Source: Eledone cirrhosa (Eukaryota). From it: 64,000 nt of DNA. The DNA lies in assembly GCA_964016885.1 (NCBI GenBank), contig OZ024742.1, positions 148,366,001 to 148,430,000 on the forward strand. Reading direction: 5' to 3'. A program made the translations under genes and the position numbers. Under the pieces are notes generated by a model that was not told the origin of the DNA, did no database searches, and saw nothing but the letters and a program-made list of their open reading frames with translations. Below are positions 12,754 through 32,113 of this stretch, in pieces. The first letter of the stretch is position 1. Each line of letters begins with the position of its first letter.

Positions 12754-13360
12754 TCAGGTCACCAGCTGGTGCTACTGGTAACATGTATCCCAGTACAACC
12801 CGTCTCATGGTCGGGTCGTTGGCGACTAAACTGGCAACCCCACCAAGGTTTCTTGGTGAGGAGGGTGACTTTGGACATCCTGCAGGACTAAAAGCAAAAC
12901 CTGTCAAAGGGCAAAGGAGCTCTTAAGAGTCAATGGCCATCCAAAATCACCGGGAGAGATGACCCCTTAGACTTTGTCAAGGCAGAATTCTAGGAGAAGG
13001 AAAACTCTGATATAACACCTGCAACCCTGATGTTATCCAATGATGTTGACTTGTTCTTCTTTTTGGTAAATATCATCTTGGTTAAGAGAGTGGGACTGGC
13101 TTTGTGCAGTGCCTTTGCTCAGTATAAATGCTTCACGGCACAGGCATTGCTTTATATCTGGAGATCTCTCTGCACTTGTCGTCACATGGTACCATGGGCC
13201 CAGCACTATGTGTCAATAATTGTCACAAGTGTAGTGTTTGTACCAGAGTTTTCAAGTCGCTGGCTGGACTAAAAAGTCACACTCGTTCAGCGCATCGGTA
13301 GGGGTTCTCCTACATGGATATAAGGTAGTGGCCGTACTCGAAAACGAGTTGGCAGCCACC
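12754..13360 (+). mobile_element. Second copy of the bipartite RTE-derived element in (TATG)n
   Basis: Colinear with 868-1474 with identical ends and few substitutions. Confidence 0.75.
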
Positions 13361-13619
13361 ATGTATGTATGTATGTATGTATGTATGTATGTATGTATGT
13401 ATGTATGTATGTATGTATGTATGTATGTGTGTATGTATGTATGTATGCATGAATGTCTGTGTGTATGTATGTATGTATGTATGTATGTATGTATGTATGT
13501 ATGTATGTATGTATGTATGTATGTGATTTTGGACACCCTGCAGGACAAAAAACAGATTTGGTCGTTTAGGTCCGACCCCAGACAAAACAATGGCAGTAGC
13601 AACAACAATAAATAAAAAG

Positions 13620-13770
13620 AGTAGCAGCAGCTACTACTACTACTACAACTACTACTACTACTACTAATACCACCCCCAACCCACACACCACCGCCACCAC
13701 CACCACCACCACCACCACCACCAACACTACCACCAACACCACCACCACCACCACCATCTCTACCACCACC

Positions 13771-13826
<56 letters not shown>

Positions 13827-13858
13827 ACAACAAAACTCCACAACCGCCGCCGCCGCCG

Positions 13859-13903
<45 letters not shown>
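13620..13903. repeat. Compound (CTA)n/(CAC)n/(CCG)n trinucleotide array
   Basis: Direct reading; source of the spurious poly-S/G/V ORFs. Confidence 0.9.
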
Positions 13904-14414
13904 ACTTTAGTCAACGGATGACTCTGTGTGGCCACAGGCCCTGCTAGAAATAGCAGAACAACCTTCCTCAAATCACATCTTACGGTCTTTAAAAATGCAG
14001 ATAAATTTGACATAAATACCATGTCAATCTTCTATATCATTCCAAATTAGTCTTTTATAAATGATTATTTAATTCGATTATTCAGGCAATGTCTAGTATT
14101 TCCAACAGTCCTTTCTTATATACAAACGCTTCACAAAAGTGTCTGTGAGTAAATGTAACTGTAGTGGTATGTGTTTGGATGTATAAGCATCCAATAAGAT
14201 TATAATGAAGCGTTTGTATATAAGAAAAGACTGTTAGAAATGCTACACTTAGCCTGAATAATAGAATTAAATAATCATTTATAAAAGAATGCTGGAATTT
14301 ATAAAATAGAAAGCAAAATGAATTGCATGGCATGAAAGTTCATGTTTAAGTATAAATCAGGAACTGGTCATTCAGTAAGATTCATATTGATACAAATAAG
14401 TACAACATACCCCA

Positions 14415-14549
<135 letters not shown>

Positions 14550-14765
14550 TTGCATATTTGTTTGGTATAAATTGTAGCTGCAATAGGGGAGATACCAATC
14601 GTATTGTTTGAGGCGGTCACAAAGCACTCGATAGTGCGAAAGCTTCTTAATATATATCTTGATCCAGAGTAAGCACGAAGTTAAAAAAGTATGACACCAT
14701 AAATACTAGACCAGGTAGGAGACTAATCTGAGCCATTTTAAATAGATAAAGATCGATAAAACTCC

Positions 14766-14879
<114 letters not shown>

Positions 14880-14979
14880 GAAACACACAGATACACGCGG
14901 ACACACACATATATACATGAATGCATCCGCACCCAACTGCATCGTGTAGACGCGTTCTTGAGACTAGTAAAATGAGGTA

Positions 14980-15067
14980 TCCTCTTGATAAGTCGGCAGA
15001 CCTCGCAAAGACTCTATGTCTTTGATATATTGTTTTTGTTTATGCCACGAAACTACGTAGTCGAGGA
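14980..15067 (+). ncRNA. Hammerhead ribozyme with U3-A8 covariant core
   Basis: TCCTC-TTGATAA-GTCGGCA...TGCCAC-GAAA-CTACGTAG-TC-GAGGA; GUC triplet; palindromic stem III. Confidence 0.72.
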
Positions 15068-15136
15068 ATTTAGGAGCAGTTTAGGTATGATACATTTTAT
15101 TACTAATTATATCTAAATGTTTCTTCTCTCTTCATA

Positions 15137-15314
<178 letters not shown>

Positions 15315-15574
15315 TATATATATAATATATATATATTTATATTATATATAGTAAATATATTTAATATATACTTACACACACACATATATATATAATATAA
15401 ATATATATTATATATATATATATATATATTTACTATATATAATATAAATATATATATTATATATATATATGCATATATATATATATACATATATATAAAG
15501 ATATATATATATATATATCTTTATATTAAGAAAATAAACCAAAGAAGCCTTCAATACATCAAAAGTCTTTATTA

Positions 15575-15612
15575 GCCAACAATGTTTCGTCCTATTAAGG
15601 ACTCATCAGGGC
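15575..15612 (-). ncRNA. Minimal canonical type I hammerhead ribozyme
   Basis: GCC-CTGATGA-GTCCT TAAT AGGAC-GAAA-CATTG-TT-GGC. Confidence 0.85.
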
Positions 15613-15703
15613 AAGTAAAGCTATAAGAAGCACTATCGGCCAATACAAGCCAATACAAGGGTGTTTAACTCCAACACACTCTAGTATTTTAATTCTTATA
15701 TAT

Positions 15704-20315
<4,612 letters not shown>

Positions 20316-20686
20316 GTATATATTAGAGAGAGAGGAGGGTTGAAGGAGGGATATGATTTATGAGTTTGATGTTTATATTGAAACAGTCTACTGAAAGATA
20401 AATCTACACATCACATTATTAAATAAGAGGAGTAAGTTTCAATGGTATCATTAATAGCGCCATTTGAACACAGACGTTTTATAAAATAGTAATTGAAATT
20501 AATTTTGTGTTAACAGATAATACAACGTCGATACTTCTGAAAAGTTTTCAACGGTCGATACTTAGTCACTGTTGAACGATTAATTTCTTATTCTTGTTTT
20601 TGAAAACGATCTAACACACGTAATATTTCTCAGTAGCACCGCTTGGAAGCGGGGATGAGCTACTCTGCATGGTAATTTGGTTACTG

Positions 20687-20847
20687 GTCGGACGCCATGC
20701 TTTGCAGCATAGAGTTACGGCCCTTTATGATCTGAGTTCAAATCCCGCCGAGGTTAACTTACGGGGTCGATAAAATAAAGTACCAGTCACGCACTGGGGT
20801 CGATTTAATCGACTTTCCCCTCCCCCAAAATTGTTGGCCTTGTGCCA
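20687..20847 (+). mobile_element. tRNA-derived SINE (Nin/Deu-like core family)
   Basis: B-box-like GAGTTCAAATCC followed by GGGGTCGATAAAATAAAGTACCAGT core shared by at least 12 copies in the window. Confidence 0.75.
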
Positions 20848-20912
20848 TCAATTTTATGTGGGTGTGGAGCAAACTGAATGACCACCTCGAGTGACACAAA
20901 ATCTAGCTAGAA

Positions 20913-21049
20913 CCGGGTTTCCCAAACTTTTTCAAATGTGGAATTCCAAAGTCTAATACTATTATATGGTCGTAATATAAATATACTCCTCTACCTTTTT
21001 TCACGGAACCGCAAACATTCCTTTGTGGAACCCACTTTGGAAACCACTG
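20913..21049. mobile_element. hAT-Charlie-like MITE (old)
   Basis: Imperfect TIRs CCGGGTTTCCCAAAC / CTTTGGAAACCACTG; TAGA-containing flanks. Confidence 0.55.
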
Positions 21050-22158
21050 AATTAGAGGATTTATTTACCTCTTACCCACAGTTAGTTTGACTGGAGTTTG
21101 CAGAATAATGTTGTCTGTCTAGAAACACAAATAATTAACTGCTGTGTATTTGAACTGAAATATAGAAGTACAGTAGTCATCGATAGAGAAATGTACTTAT
21201 GATATAGAGGTGAGTAAATGTCTATGATTAAAAAACGGTGGTAATTATATGTGGAGGTAATTATGAACGATTAATAATTGCTATATGTGTTGAGATATAA
21301 ATCTGTATCGTTTGGAAGGAAGTAATTTTCCACTGGGAAATGGGGTTTGGAAATTATTGGCATCGGAGGTGGCCAAATGTATATTAGCTGAGAATGATAG
21401 TAAGTGTCAATGATGCAAAGGTGTCAATTTTTGATATAAGAGATTGATGCTCATATAGCATCATTGTTTAATTATCGATATACGAGTATTAAAAAAGAGC
21501 AATTAAATACAAACATGAAGGCTTCACACAAATATTCAAACGAACATAAAGTATGTCTATGTTTGTATACACATATGTACGTACTTATGTACGTATGAGT
21601 GTTTGTGTGTCTGTTTGAGTATGTATGTATGTATGTATGTATGTATGTATGTATGTATGTATGTATGTATGTATGTATGTATGTATGTATGTATGTATGT
21701 ATGTATGTTTGTATGTATGTATGTATAAAGTCGCAAACATCAATGAATTCATTGATTGGGTATATAATAAATTAATTATTTATCCAATTAAATGATGAAA
21801 TAACTAATTAATTAACGACAAACATAATAGAGAAATTTAATAAACAAATCTGTTTTCAGGAATTTAACGAAAGAACTTTTTATTTGCAATATGATGCCTG
21901 CTGCGAATAACGAATCTATCGGTCAGATTGACCGCCTAGTCGAGTGTGCTTTGTTTCACGACTTGAGAAGTTTGCATTGCATCGATTTACTACGAACAAA
22001 ACGTCGTCTTTAATAATGTTAATGTCGACGGCAATTGCAATTGACGTGCACATGCATGCAGTTGATCAAGATCAACGCCATATCTCAACAAGACTTTATA
22101 TTTATAAATGAAATATATGTAAACGTGCGTGTGTGTGCTTTATATATATATGTGTGTG

Positions 22159-22253
<95 letters not shown>

Positions 22254-22554
22254 AATATCTTTAAGTCGTTTGGAAGCCTCGACAATGCAAATGGGTAAAT
22301 CTCCGGGTAACAGGGTCCGGTGGTGGAGAGAGAGATGTAAGTGGGTGTACGTTGAGATGCGTGGTGTGTATAAGATGTGTGAGATGTGTAGAATGAAGGG
22401 AAGAGTATAAAGGATAAACATAAAAATAACAACACAAGAGAGAGTTACCTTGGGAGAGATTTAATAGTCCCTATATATTTCGGATTCACATCCATCAACT
22501 GGGTTTTTTTCCGGGGTGGGGGAAAAGGTTGTCTGTCGGACAAGTCCGGAACGC

Positions 22555-22641
<87 letters not shown>

Positions 22642-22824
22642 TAGATGATTTTATAAGTTCATAAAACAACAGTAAGGCGTTAAGATATTTATTTAAAGCT
22701 CAAATGTGGTTTATTTTATATCCAGAATAATGAGAGATATTTCAGAGGTAAATCCAGTTGGTGTATTCCGGTCATCTGGTTGAACTTGGTGACTTATGTT
22801 TTTGTTATATATATATATATATAT

Positions 22825-22952
22825 ATGAAGAATGCTTTTTGGTATTCGTTCCGGCTCTCTGCTCTTAGAGTTCAAATTCCACCGAGGTCAACTTTGTCTT
22901 TCCTCCTTTCGAGGTCGATAAAAAAAAGTACCAGTCTAGTACTGGGGTTGAT
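22825..22952 (+). mobile_element. SINE copy (Nin/Deu-like)
   Basis: GAGTTCAAATTCCACCGAGGTCAACTTTG...GTCGATAAA. Confidence 0.7.
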
Positions 22953-23148
22953 TCTTCCTCTATATCTCTTTCACATTTCCTCGCTCTCACTTTCTATCTC
23001 TCTCTGGAAGAAATCTGCTGTACTCGGGCCTTATGAGAGATGGGATCCGCCAGGCTTAAAATGCCCAAGAAACGCCGTATGTCAACACGGCGCCCCAAAA
23101 TTCATATCAGCAGTTACGGGACCATACATACATAATACACACACACAC

Positions 23149-23200
<52 letters not shown>

Positions 23201-23361
23201 AATTAGTATATCTAGTAACATATATATACACAGATGCATACTTATGTTAGCAAATATATATATATATATATATATTATAGTTGAAACAGTAAACAAAAAA
23301 ATAACAACGTGGAAGCGAAGAGGCAGTACAAAATGTTAATATTAGTTTCACGCTTGTGAGT

Positions 23362-23431
<70 letters not shown>

Positions 23432-23499
23432 ACAAACAAATAAGTCACTAAGTTCAACCGGGTGACCGGAAGTATACCAACTGGTGACTTATTTCTTTG

Positions 23500-23556
<57 letters not shown>

Positions 23557-23559
<3 letters not shown>

Positions 23560-24240
23560 TGGGCAACTATTCACGGTGTGGCTCAATGACGAATTAATTA
23601 ATTAAATAATCAACAATCAAAGCAATATATAAGAAAGTAAGTCCATAGAATCATTTGATAAAATATATACAGTATTTCTTCTCCCAATCAGCATAATCAA
23701 CCACATAAAAAAATCAATTAAACGAGGCTATAAGTTTAAAATGTACCTATGAAGAAACAATAGATAAATAAATGATAGCTATTTTATCCGCGATCCACAG
23801 CCACAGAAGATTTACCTGGTATTTCTAATAGCCTGTAGAAATTGACTAGACATATAGCTAACCATACACAATTAGGTACAAAATCAAAGTTAGAAGAAAA
23901 AATGTACATAAACATACAAAAATTATGTTTCTACCCCCGGAGGTTTCATTCGCTTTCTGGAAATATCCGATCATGGATAAATCAACGAGTTTCGAAATCA
24001 TCAGGAAACAAACTCAATTGGACAAAGATTTTTCTTAAATGATTCCCGCCAGAAACGAATTCAAAATGGCTAAGAATTGTGACATGGCCAGTGGTCAAGT
24101 CAGAAAGCTTGTGATTGGTGCCTGACGGCGAGTAGGCTGGTTGATAGAAAGCGTAGCCGATGTATATAGTGTATATATTTTATCAAATATATATACTGTA
24201 TATACTGTATATATTTTATCAAATGATTCTATGGACTTAC
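23557..24240. repeat. Unclassified dispersed repeat with internal inversion; homolog at 58937-59128
   Basis: GTCCATAGAATCATTTGATAAAATATATAC occurs in both orientations at both loci. Confidence 0.6.
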
Positions 24241-24243
24241 TTT

Positions 24244-24312
<69 letters not shown>

Positions 24313-24689
24313 GTTTTGTGTTTTATTGTTCATGTAGGTGAAAGTAGAGGTGAAGAAAGATGAGTGAGTGAGAGTTAATGTTAAAATTAAAATTAGGATT
24401 AGGATTAGTGTTGTTACTGTGAACGGTCACGTAGCTACCAGCAATGTTGCTGGGTTAGTATGGATCACTTGATAGTGAGCACTTTTGGATTATACTCTTT
24501 CATATGACTAGATTATTCCTTGTTTGAAAAATCCATTATCCGTTCGAGTAGGTGTTTCCATGGCTAGGTAGGTATCCGCTTCGTAATAAAATGTGCCTCC
24601 GCTATTCTTAGGTTTACCGTATCTCTTTGCTCCGTAAGTACTTTTATGGTTATTCTCCTTCCACATATTTCTTGCCTCCACCCTTGCAA

Positions 24690-25185
24690 GGCCCTACTGA
24701 GCGTCTGCTGGAACTGGAAAGGTATCATCCACTTCGAGATGTTCTCACCGAACACCAGTATAACCTCTGACACCTAATGCCAACAACTTGAAAGATTAGC
24801 GGCAAAAATCAAATAGCTGGGCCCACAGTATGGCCCTATTCTATTCCTTCGTGAAAACGCTCGGCTGCATACATCAAAGATGACCCATGAGAAGCTGCTG
24901 CTGGAGTTAGGTTGGGAGTTTCTGCCTCACCCATTGAATTCACCCTACCCCACGCCTACAGACTATCACCTTTATCTCTCAATAGTCAACGCAATGCAGT
25001 TAAAGACTTTCGTTACATCAGTGGCTGGCGGAATTATTTGCATCGAAGTCAGAAGAATTATACAGGAGTGGAACCACGTGCCTTCCTAAACGATGGCGGA
25101 CGGTAATTGCAAATGATGGCGATTATTTTGACTTAAAAAACGACAAAGGCAATAAAATTTTGAAAAACGGTGAGAACCTAATATA
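24690..25185 (+). pseudogene. mariner transposase C-terminal fragment
   Basis: CWNWKGIIHFEM...CQQLERL...ENARLHT...LGWEFLPHPLNSPYPTPTDYHL...KRWRTVIANDGDYF matches the decayed mariner HDNARPH/HPPYSPDLAPSD region. Confidence 0.85.
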
Positions 25186-25800
25186 TAGAACAATGATGAT
25201 GTTAGAGTCCGAAACGCACAAAATAACGGTGATAACAATTGATCACTATTGATAACATTTGAGAAAATTGGGAAAACTACCCTTAGAGATTGAAATTATA
25301 CCCAATTTTCTTATCTATAAACTATAGTGATCGACTGTTATTACAGATATTTTCTATGTTTGTGAGTCTCATTTTTCAAATATAGATGTAAGTCACTACC
25401 AAAACCACATCACGTTGTATAAAATTATGTTTATAATAAAGATAACTGGACAGAGAGGTAAATTGACATTCAAGTTAATGCCCAGCTCAACCTTTCCGGT
25501 GACGATACATACGTATCATGTTTCAGTAACATTTCTGTAAAAACTGCCTCTCTATTCAATGATCGATCAGCGAAACAAATTGAAAACAATCTGAAGTAAA
25601 TTTCGGAAGCTTTTCATATCCTTAAAACCACATAGAAAAACTGCATTGAATATATCTTTTGCTATAATACTATAATACAGAAGCAACAGCAACTGACCTC
25701 AGAGGTAAGACCTTGTGTTCCATCTTAAATACTGACATACCATATTGTCCTCTCTCCTAATTCATCACACCAATCCCTATGGCTACCGAACATATTTCAT

Positions 25801-25893
<93 letters not shown>

Positions 25894-27138
25894 AGAAGAA
25901 GAAGAAATATTTTTTCTTTCTTCCTCCTCATCATTTTCTTTTTTCCTCATGAGAAGACAGGCCTGCTAAATTCAGCTGGTGTGGAAGCCATAGCCACGAC
26001 ACCACCCGACAATCTATCCATATCTATGACAGCACAATCAAAATCAATTTACTCAGAAACTTTCAAATACTAACAATTTCTCCACACACCATCTATACAA
26101 TTATAATGGAATTTCAAAATCTGCCACTGTTTCGCATGGGAGAGTGATTAATCCTACGTTAGCTGTAACATTATGGGTAACAGTAGATGCATAAATAAAA
26201 ATTTATTACTGTAAAACATTACAAATGCACTATAAATATACAACTATTATATAATGTACAAGATTAACCGATACTTCGTAAATGAATATATACACACATT
26301 GAGCAAATATGTTTTAAATTTACGTATTTCGACATAGATTGCAAAAATGAACTTAGATAAAGTATTAACAGAAAGCTGCGATTTGAGAGAAAGGAAAAAA
26401 AAAGAGAAATTGAGAAAAGGAATATGTTTATAAATGAGTAAAAAATAAAGAAAAAAGTATGCAAAGACAACATAACAACATAGAAAACACTAATGTACAT
26501 ATATGTGTTTGTCTATGTATGTGATTGTGCATGTGTTTACTTTTCGATAGAGAAAAACTTCTAGTAAATGAAAAAAATGGAAAAGAAACGAAAAAACAGT
26601 ATGTCCTTGGTCGAATCTTGCTGAGCATTACATTATAACTATGTGATGTTTTTTTGTAGCTACAATTGTAGCACTCTTAAGTATTGGAGCAGCGTTGGAT
26701 TTTAAATATATGCATACATGTATAAGTAAATGTATACGTTCATACAGACATTCACGCACGTACACGGTCATACCCCCATACACTCCAGGAGTATTTTACA
26801 CGATTTTCTCAACTACCATTGTATTAATTTACATTAGGACGACTACATTTCAGATTTCAAATGTTCTCAATGTTCATACTTCTAGCTACAGGCTTAAAAT
26901 TCTAAACAGCAAACACGACGACAATCAGTGGCCGGGGACTCTTTATAGTAGTAGTTAACGTACTTGCTCGGCATCGGAGAGATGCCTGGTTCGGTTGTTT
27001 GCAGAAGTTCCTGGCCCCTTTTCTATGCCCTTTAGGCATGCTTTAACGATTTTCTCAAATATTTCTAGTGATGAAATATTGTTGTAGTCATTTGTTTAAG
27101 CCGCCTATATTTCCCTAAGTCAATAACATGTTCACACA

Positions 27139-27208
<70 letters not shown>

Positions 27209-27389
27209 GAACTGTTTCATTCGTAAAAAATCATTAGACTTTCCTGATGATTTCTTATCAATGAAATAGTTCTAGTCCCATAGAAGTCATATCTATAATA
27301 TAGCTGCCTATACTATACGAACGTATTTAGTACCTTTTTCAACTGTGGTCACCTCCCAATATACATCGGGATTCCACCTAATATCTCTC

Positions 27390-29008
27390 TCTATATAAAA
27401 CGGTAGATGTCTGTCTCTGTGTGTGTATGATTTTTATGCATTTCCACATTTCTCTACCGATTTTGATGATTTTTTTTCCAATGTGCTCCAAATTTACCAG
27501 GGCAGGTCAACGCGTAATTATTTTTGTCAAAAGTTTCCTGCTTCTATGAAAAGAAATCGATAAAACCAAATACATGCTGTAACCCTCTCTCCAACAAGCT
27601 TCATTCATCTCTCTACCCTCAATCTCCTCGGCAACTCTCTTTAAAAGGTTACTGCCTCCGTCTACTAACCTATCACCATTTTCAAATCCCGCCGAGGTTA
27701 ACTTTGCCTTTCATCCTTACGGGGTCGATAAAATGAAGTACCAGTAATGAACTGGGTAATTGCTGACCTTGTGCCAAAAGTAGAAATAATTACAGCTTAA
27801 AACAACCACAAAACTTCTTTTGAAGGAACGCGACACAAACTTTGATAACCCTCTCTCTTACACGCTTCATTCCTCTCACTACACTCAATCTCCTCCGCAA
27901 CTCTCTTTAAAAGGTTACTGCCTCCGTCTCTGAAAGAACGCGACACAAACTTTGATAACCCTCTCTCTTACACGCTTCATTCCTCTCACAACCCTCAATC
28001 TCCTCTGCAACTCTCTTTAAAAGGTTACTGCCTCCGTCTCCATTACAGTTTAGAACAACGACAAAACTTCTCTCTCTCTCTCTATAATAGATCATTCCCT
28101 CTCTTCGTTCGTCATACATCAAATATCAAAATTTAAAAAGCCGATAACACTAAATACATACTGCTCTCTGAACGTTACATTTTACACACTTACATTTTAC
28201 ATCAAATAAATATTCAAAAGCAACAGATGAATTTATAAAACAACAAACGTAACAATAACGACGCTTAAGCATTTATTTACATGATTCTCACCAAAGACAT
28301 TATATTTTATTGTTGTCCTTTTTGTAATTTTCTTTCTTTGCTTTTCTCAATATGAGACAAAAAATTAATGATAAAACTTTTTTCACGAACGTCCGATTTT
28401 GATGATTTATTTTCCAGTGTGCTCCAAAATAATGCCCCTGTTTACGCTCTTTTGTGCTATAACTCAGTCAGGCTTGGCTTACAGGTTTGACCTATTATTT
28501 GACGTGCATTCTTCATAGATATTACTTAGTACTCACTTTCCACTTACTCACCGTTCAATTGAAAGTTTTGGCTACTCCCCCTTTCATGCTCCATTACCTG
28601 CATAAATATTTACGTGTTCGGTCCTGCTACAATATAGTACTCACTTTAAACTAATTCAAAGTTCATTTGAAAATTTTCGCTACCAAACACATTCTTTGAA
28701 TCTACGGTCATGCCACCCAAAGGGCCAATTATACGTCGCATGCTCAAGAGTGGGATGCAAGCAGAACTTATTCATACTTGCGCCCAAAGGCAGAACAAAA
28801 AATGTGGTCTACATAGAGGTGTTGTGACTCCTCTATTCAGCACCACTGCAGTCTTGCCGGTCTGAAATATGGTGAGTAGATGCTATTGTTGTATATTTTC
28901 AAACTTACCCGTATTTACTTTCAATGCCTCAATATTCATAATTGAGTGGAATCATTAAAAGTACTTTAAAGCAATTAAACTCCGAGCAACGCCGAGCACT
29001 TCTGCTAG
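27390..29008 (+). mobile_element. Non-autonomous Helitron-like element with a nested SINE (27680-27792) and a 95-bp internal duplication
   Basis: 5' TCTATATAAAA..(GTCT/GT)n start; 3' CCGAGCAACGCCGAG subterminal motif then CTAG|T. Confidence 0.65.
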
Positions 29009-29037
29009 TATATATATATATATATATACTAGCAGAA

Positions 29038-29179
<142 letters not shown>

Positions 29180-30455
29180 GTAACCTCTGTCTTCTAGAGG
29201 CCCATACTATAATCTTTTCGAAACTAAACCTCCTAAATATAAAGTCAGAGGTGTTTTCCTTGTGCCAAGACCACTACCGACACTCATTCGATAGCTTTAA
29301 AACTAGCCGCTAGTATATAACAATGTCAGATTTGAATTCATCACCACCATTAACACTTCACCTCTAAGACTTTTCTTCCCCCACAGCATCACACTCTTTG
29401 ATCTGCTCTTTCCTCTACACAAATCCTATTAATGTAAATACTTTAGATTACTTATAATATATACAGTAATTGAAATATAATATAATATGTATAGACATTA
29501 AATGTAATATGTGATATTGAATTATATATACATTTATAATTAAATGTAGAAATTAATATCATTGTATATAAAGGATTAATTTATTAACATAAGGGATTTA
29601 TCTAATTCAACATGTAAACAGCTATACATTATTCCATATCTTGCCTAATATTGGGTAGATAACAATCTAATGAAACATTTAATATATTATGAGAGAGTAG
29701 ACTGTATTTAAGATTAAATATAAATATATAACATTTTGTATAAGGGATTCAATTGTGGTCTATTAGAGCAAAGAATTTTAATATTATAATGAGCTAGTTA
29801 CCTCCACTTACGCATTAGCTCCCCTTAATTCCATATCCACTTCCGGATATTAAACCGTTGAAAAATCTCGCTGTAGAACAACTCTAATCCATGAATATGA
29901 ATACAATAAGACCAAGTTACAATCCATTACTATAACTAACTAAAAACATTCAATACAAACATTAACTAAAATATAACTTAACATATGTAATGGATGGGAA
30001 ATCTGTGACTTTCATATTCTACACACATACATATTTGAACTATACAGAAACTATCCTCGCATTACATCCTCCATAATACACTAACATATTCGCTGAAAGT
30101 GCTTGTATTTTATGTAATACCTTGCCATACAGTACTCATATATGCCTAATACATTTGCCTGTTTCCTTCCCATATATATGACTAACGCATGTACACTCTC
30201 TACACGCTTCTTCAATGCCTCTTTAATTATTAGACTATTCTCTTGTATTATCTGTCGCATGTATTCCACTCTGTGCTTTTAATATTAATTTTAATTTTAA
30301 TCTTAATTTGAATTATTGTACAATTCTCGTATAATATATGTCGCATCCATTACACCCTGTATATACTAAACTGTTGTTCACAACACCAATATATATGTAT
30401 CTATATGATTCTTCAGTTGAATAGGAGGTTAATTATATGTACAAACATTGATAAT

Positions 30456-30500
30456 GCTCCGATGACTCCAAACTAAAGTTTGGAAGAAACAATTGTCAGT
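30456..30500 (+). ncRNA. Degenerate hammerhead (CCGATGA core)
   Basis: GCT-CcGATGA-CTCCAAAC TAAA GTTTGGAA-GAAA-CAATTG-TC-AGT. Confidence 0.55.
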
Positions 30501-30720
30501 GATTAAATTATTTGAACATAACTTTGATACTTGTGTATTTTATATTCCTGCTCGGTAAAACACCTGATGTTCTTATATTGAGCTATTTCTCTTACTGGTA
30601 ATAAGGTAGTAATAAATTACTGACCTTTCCTGTTTATAGTTAAAATATAAATTAGCGAGAATCGCATTTCGGCTATCGGAAATGTGTGGAAAGCGCTCCA
30701 TAGAAACTAGTGAACTAGAG

Positions 30721-30808
<88 letters not shown>

Positions 30809-30826
30809 ATATATATATATGCATGG

Positions 30827-30872
<46 letters not shown>

Positions 30873-31000
30873 ATTTCTAAATATGTACATATGTATCTAT
30901 GTATATCTGGGTGCGCGCGCGCGTGTACGTATATATATGTATGTACATATGTAGATAGATATTGAAATATGTTTGAATCTCGAAAGAGATTATATATACG

Positions 31001-31066
<66 letters not shown>

Positions 31067-31219
31067 GTCCCCAAAGAATGTATAGACACTTCAACAGCAT
31101 TCTAATAAAAGTATGTATATATACAAAATACGCAAAATGCTCTAGGGTTCTTATATATTTAATATATATTTATCCTTATCGAGCCCTCTTTGGATTTTAG
31201 TCTTCAAATTTATTATTAT

Positions 31220-31273
<54 letters not shown>

Positions 31274-31458
31274 CGTTTCTAAATTTGTTTAGCAAGATTT
31301 TTTATCTGAAAACGTGTTGAAACCGATATTGTTATGCTTTGGGAGGGTCAGACACCCGGATGTAACACATGCGCAAACTAAGCACACAACACACACAAAA
31401 ACAATATGGCGTAGGACATAACAAAGGAGAGGCACAAAAACAAAGAAAATAATCCCCA

Positions 31459-31501
31459 GTCACTGAAGAGGTCACAGAATGTGTGACGAAAGAACTTTGA
31501 C
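31459..31501 (+). ncRNA. Minimal type I hammerhead ribozyme (family B)
   Basis: GTCA-CTGAAGA-G-GTCACA GAATG TGTGAC-GAAA-GAAC-TT-TGAC; identical at 48949-48991. Confidence 0.75.
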
Positions 31502-31670
31502 AATATATGAACAATCGTCTGGTTGTGGAACCAACCAACCAACCGGAAATTTATAAATTGCTAAATTTATAAATTTAATTTATAATAAATTGAAGTGAAA
31601 GCAACTGGTGCGTGTGTTTCTTATTGGCAACATGACCCTCCCAAAGCATAAAAAGCATAAAAAGTGACAC

Positions 31671-31757
<87 letters not shown>

Positions 31758-31760
<3 letters not shown>

Positions 31761-32059
31761 GTGTCACTTTTGAGCTGACGTTTGGGATGCTCCCATACAG
31801 CTCTGAGTTTTTCATCCTCAGTATATACTGATTAATGTTCAGAGCCATCCTCAGCATTCTCGTGTAGCACCCATCCACCATCTGAGTGAGTTTCTTGGTC
31901 AGTGTCCAAGTCTCAGACCCGTACAGCAGCACAGACTCCACTACAGCAATGAAGACAGACACTGGTCTGTTGGAGACGCAGGACATGGCAGCGATAATGA
32001 GGGACAGAGACCGCTGGAGAGAACTCGTCCATGGATCTCGGGAATTTTACCCGCCTTAG
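31758..32059 (+). mobile_element. Short 5'-inverted copy of the RTE element at 4696
   Basis: 31758-31955 equals 4932-5129 in the same orientation; 31954-32059 is the reverse complement of 4696-4801; (AT)n flanks. Confidence 0.9.

Positions 32060-32113
<54 letters not shown>

Noticed and set aside
13252-14022. 256-aa Gly/Ser-rich ORF
   Set aside because: Spans trinucleotide arrays, (TATG)n and a TE end; no domain structure
23557-24443. TG...CA-bounded segment as a solo LTR
   Set aside because: No TSD, PBS or PPT found, and the interior is rearranged
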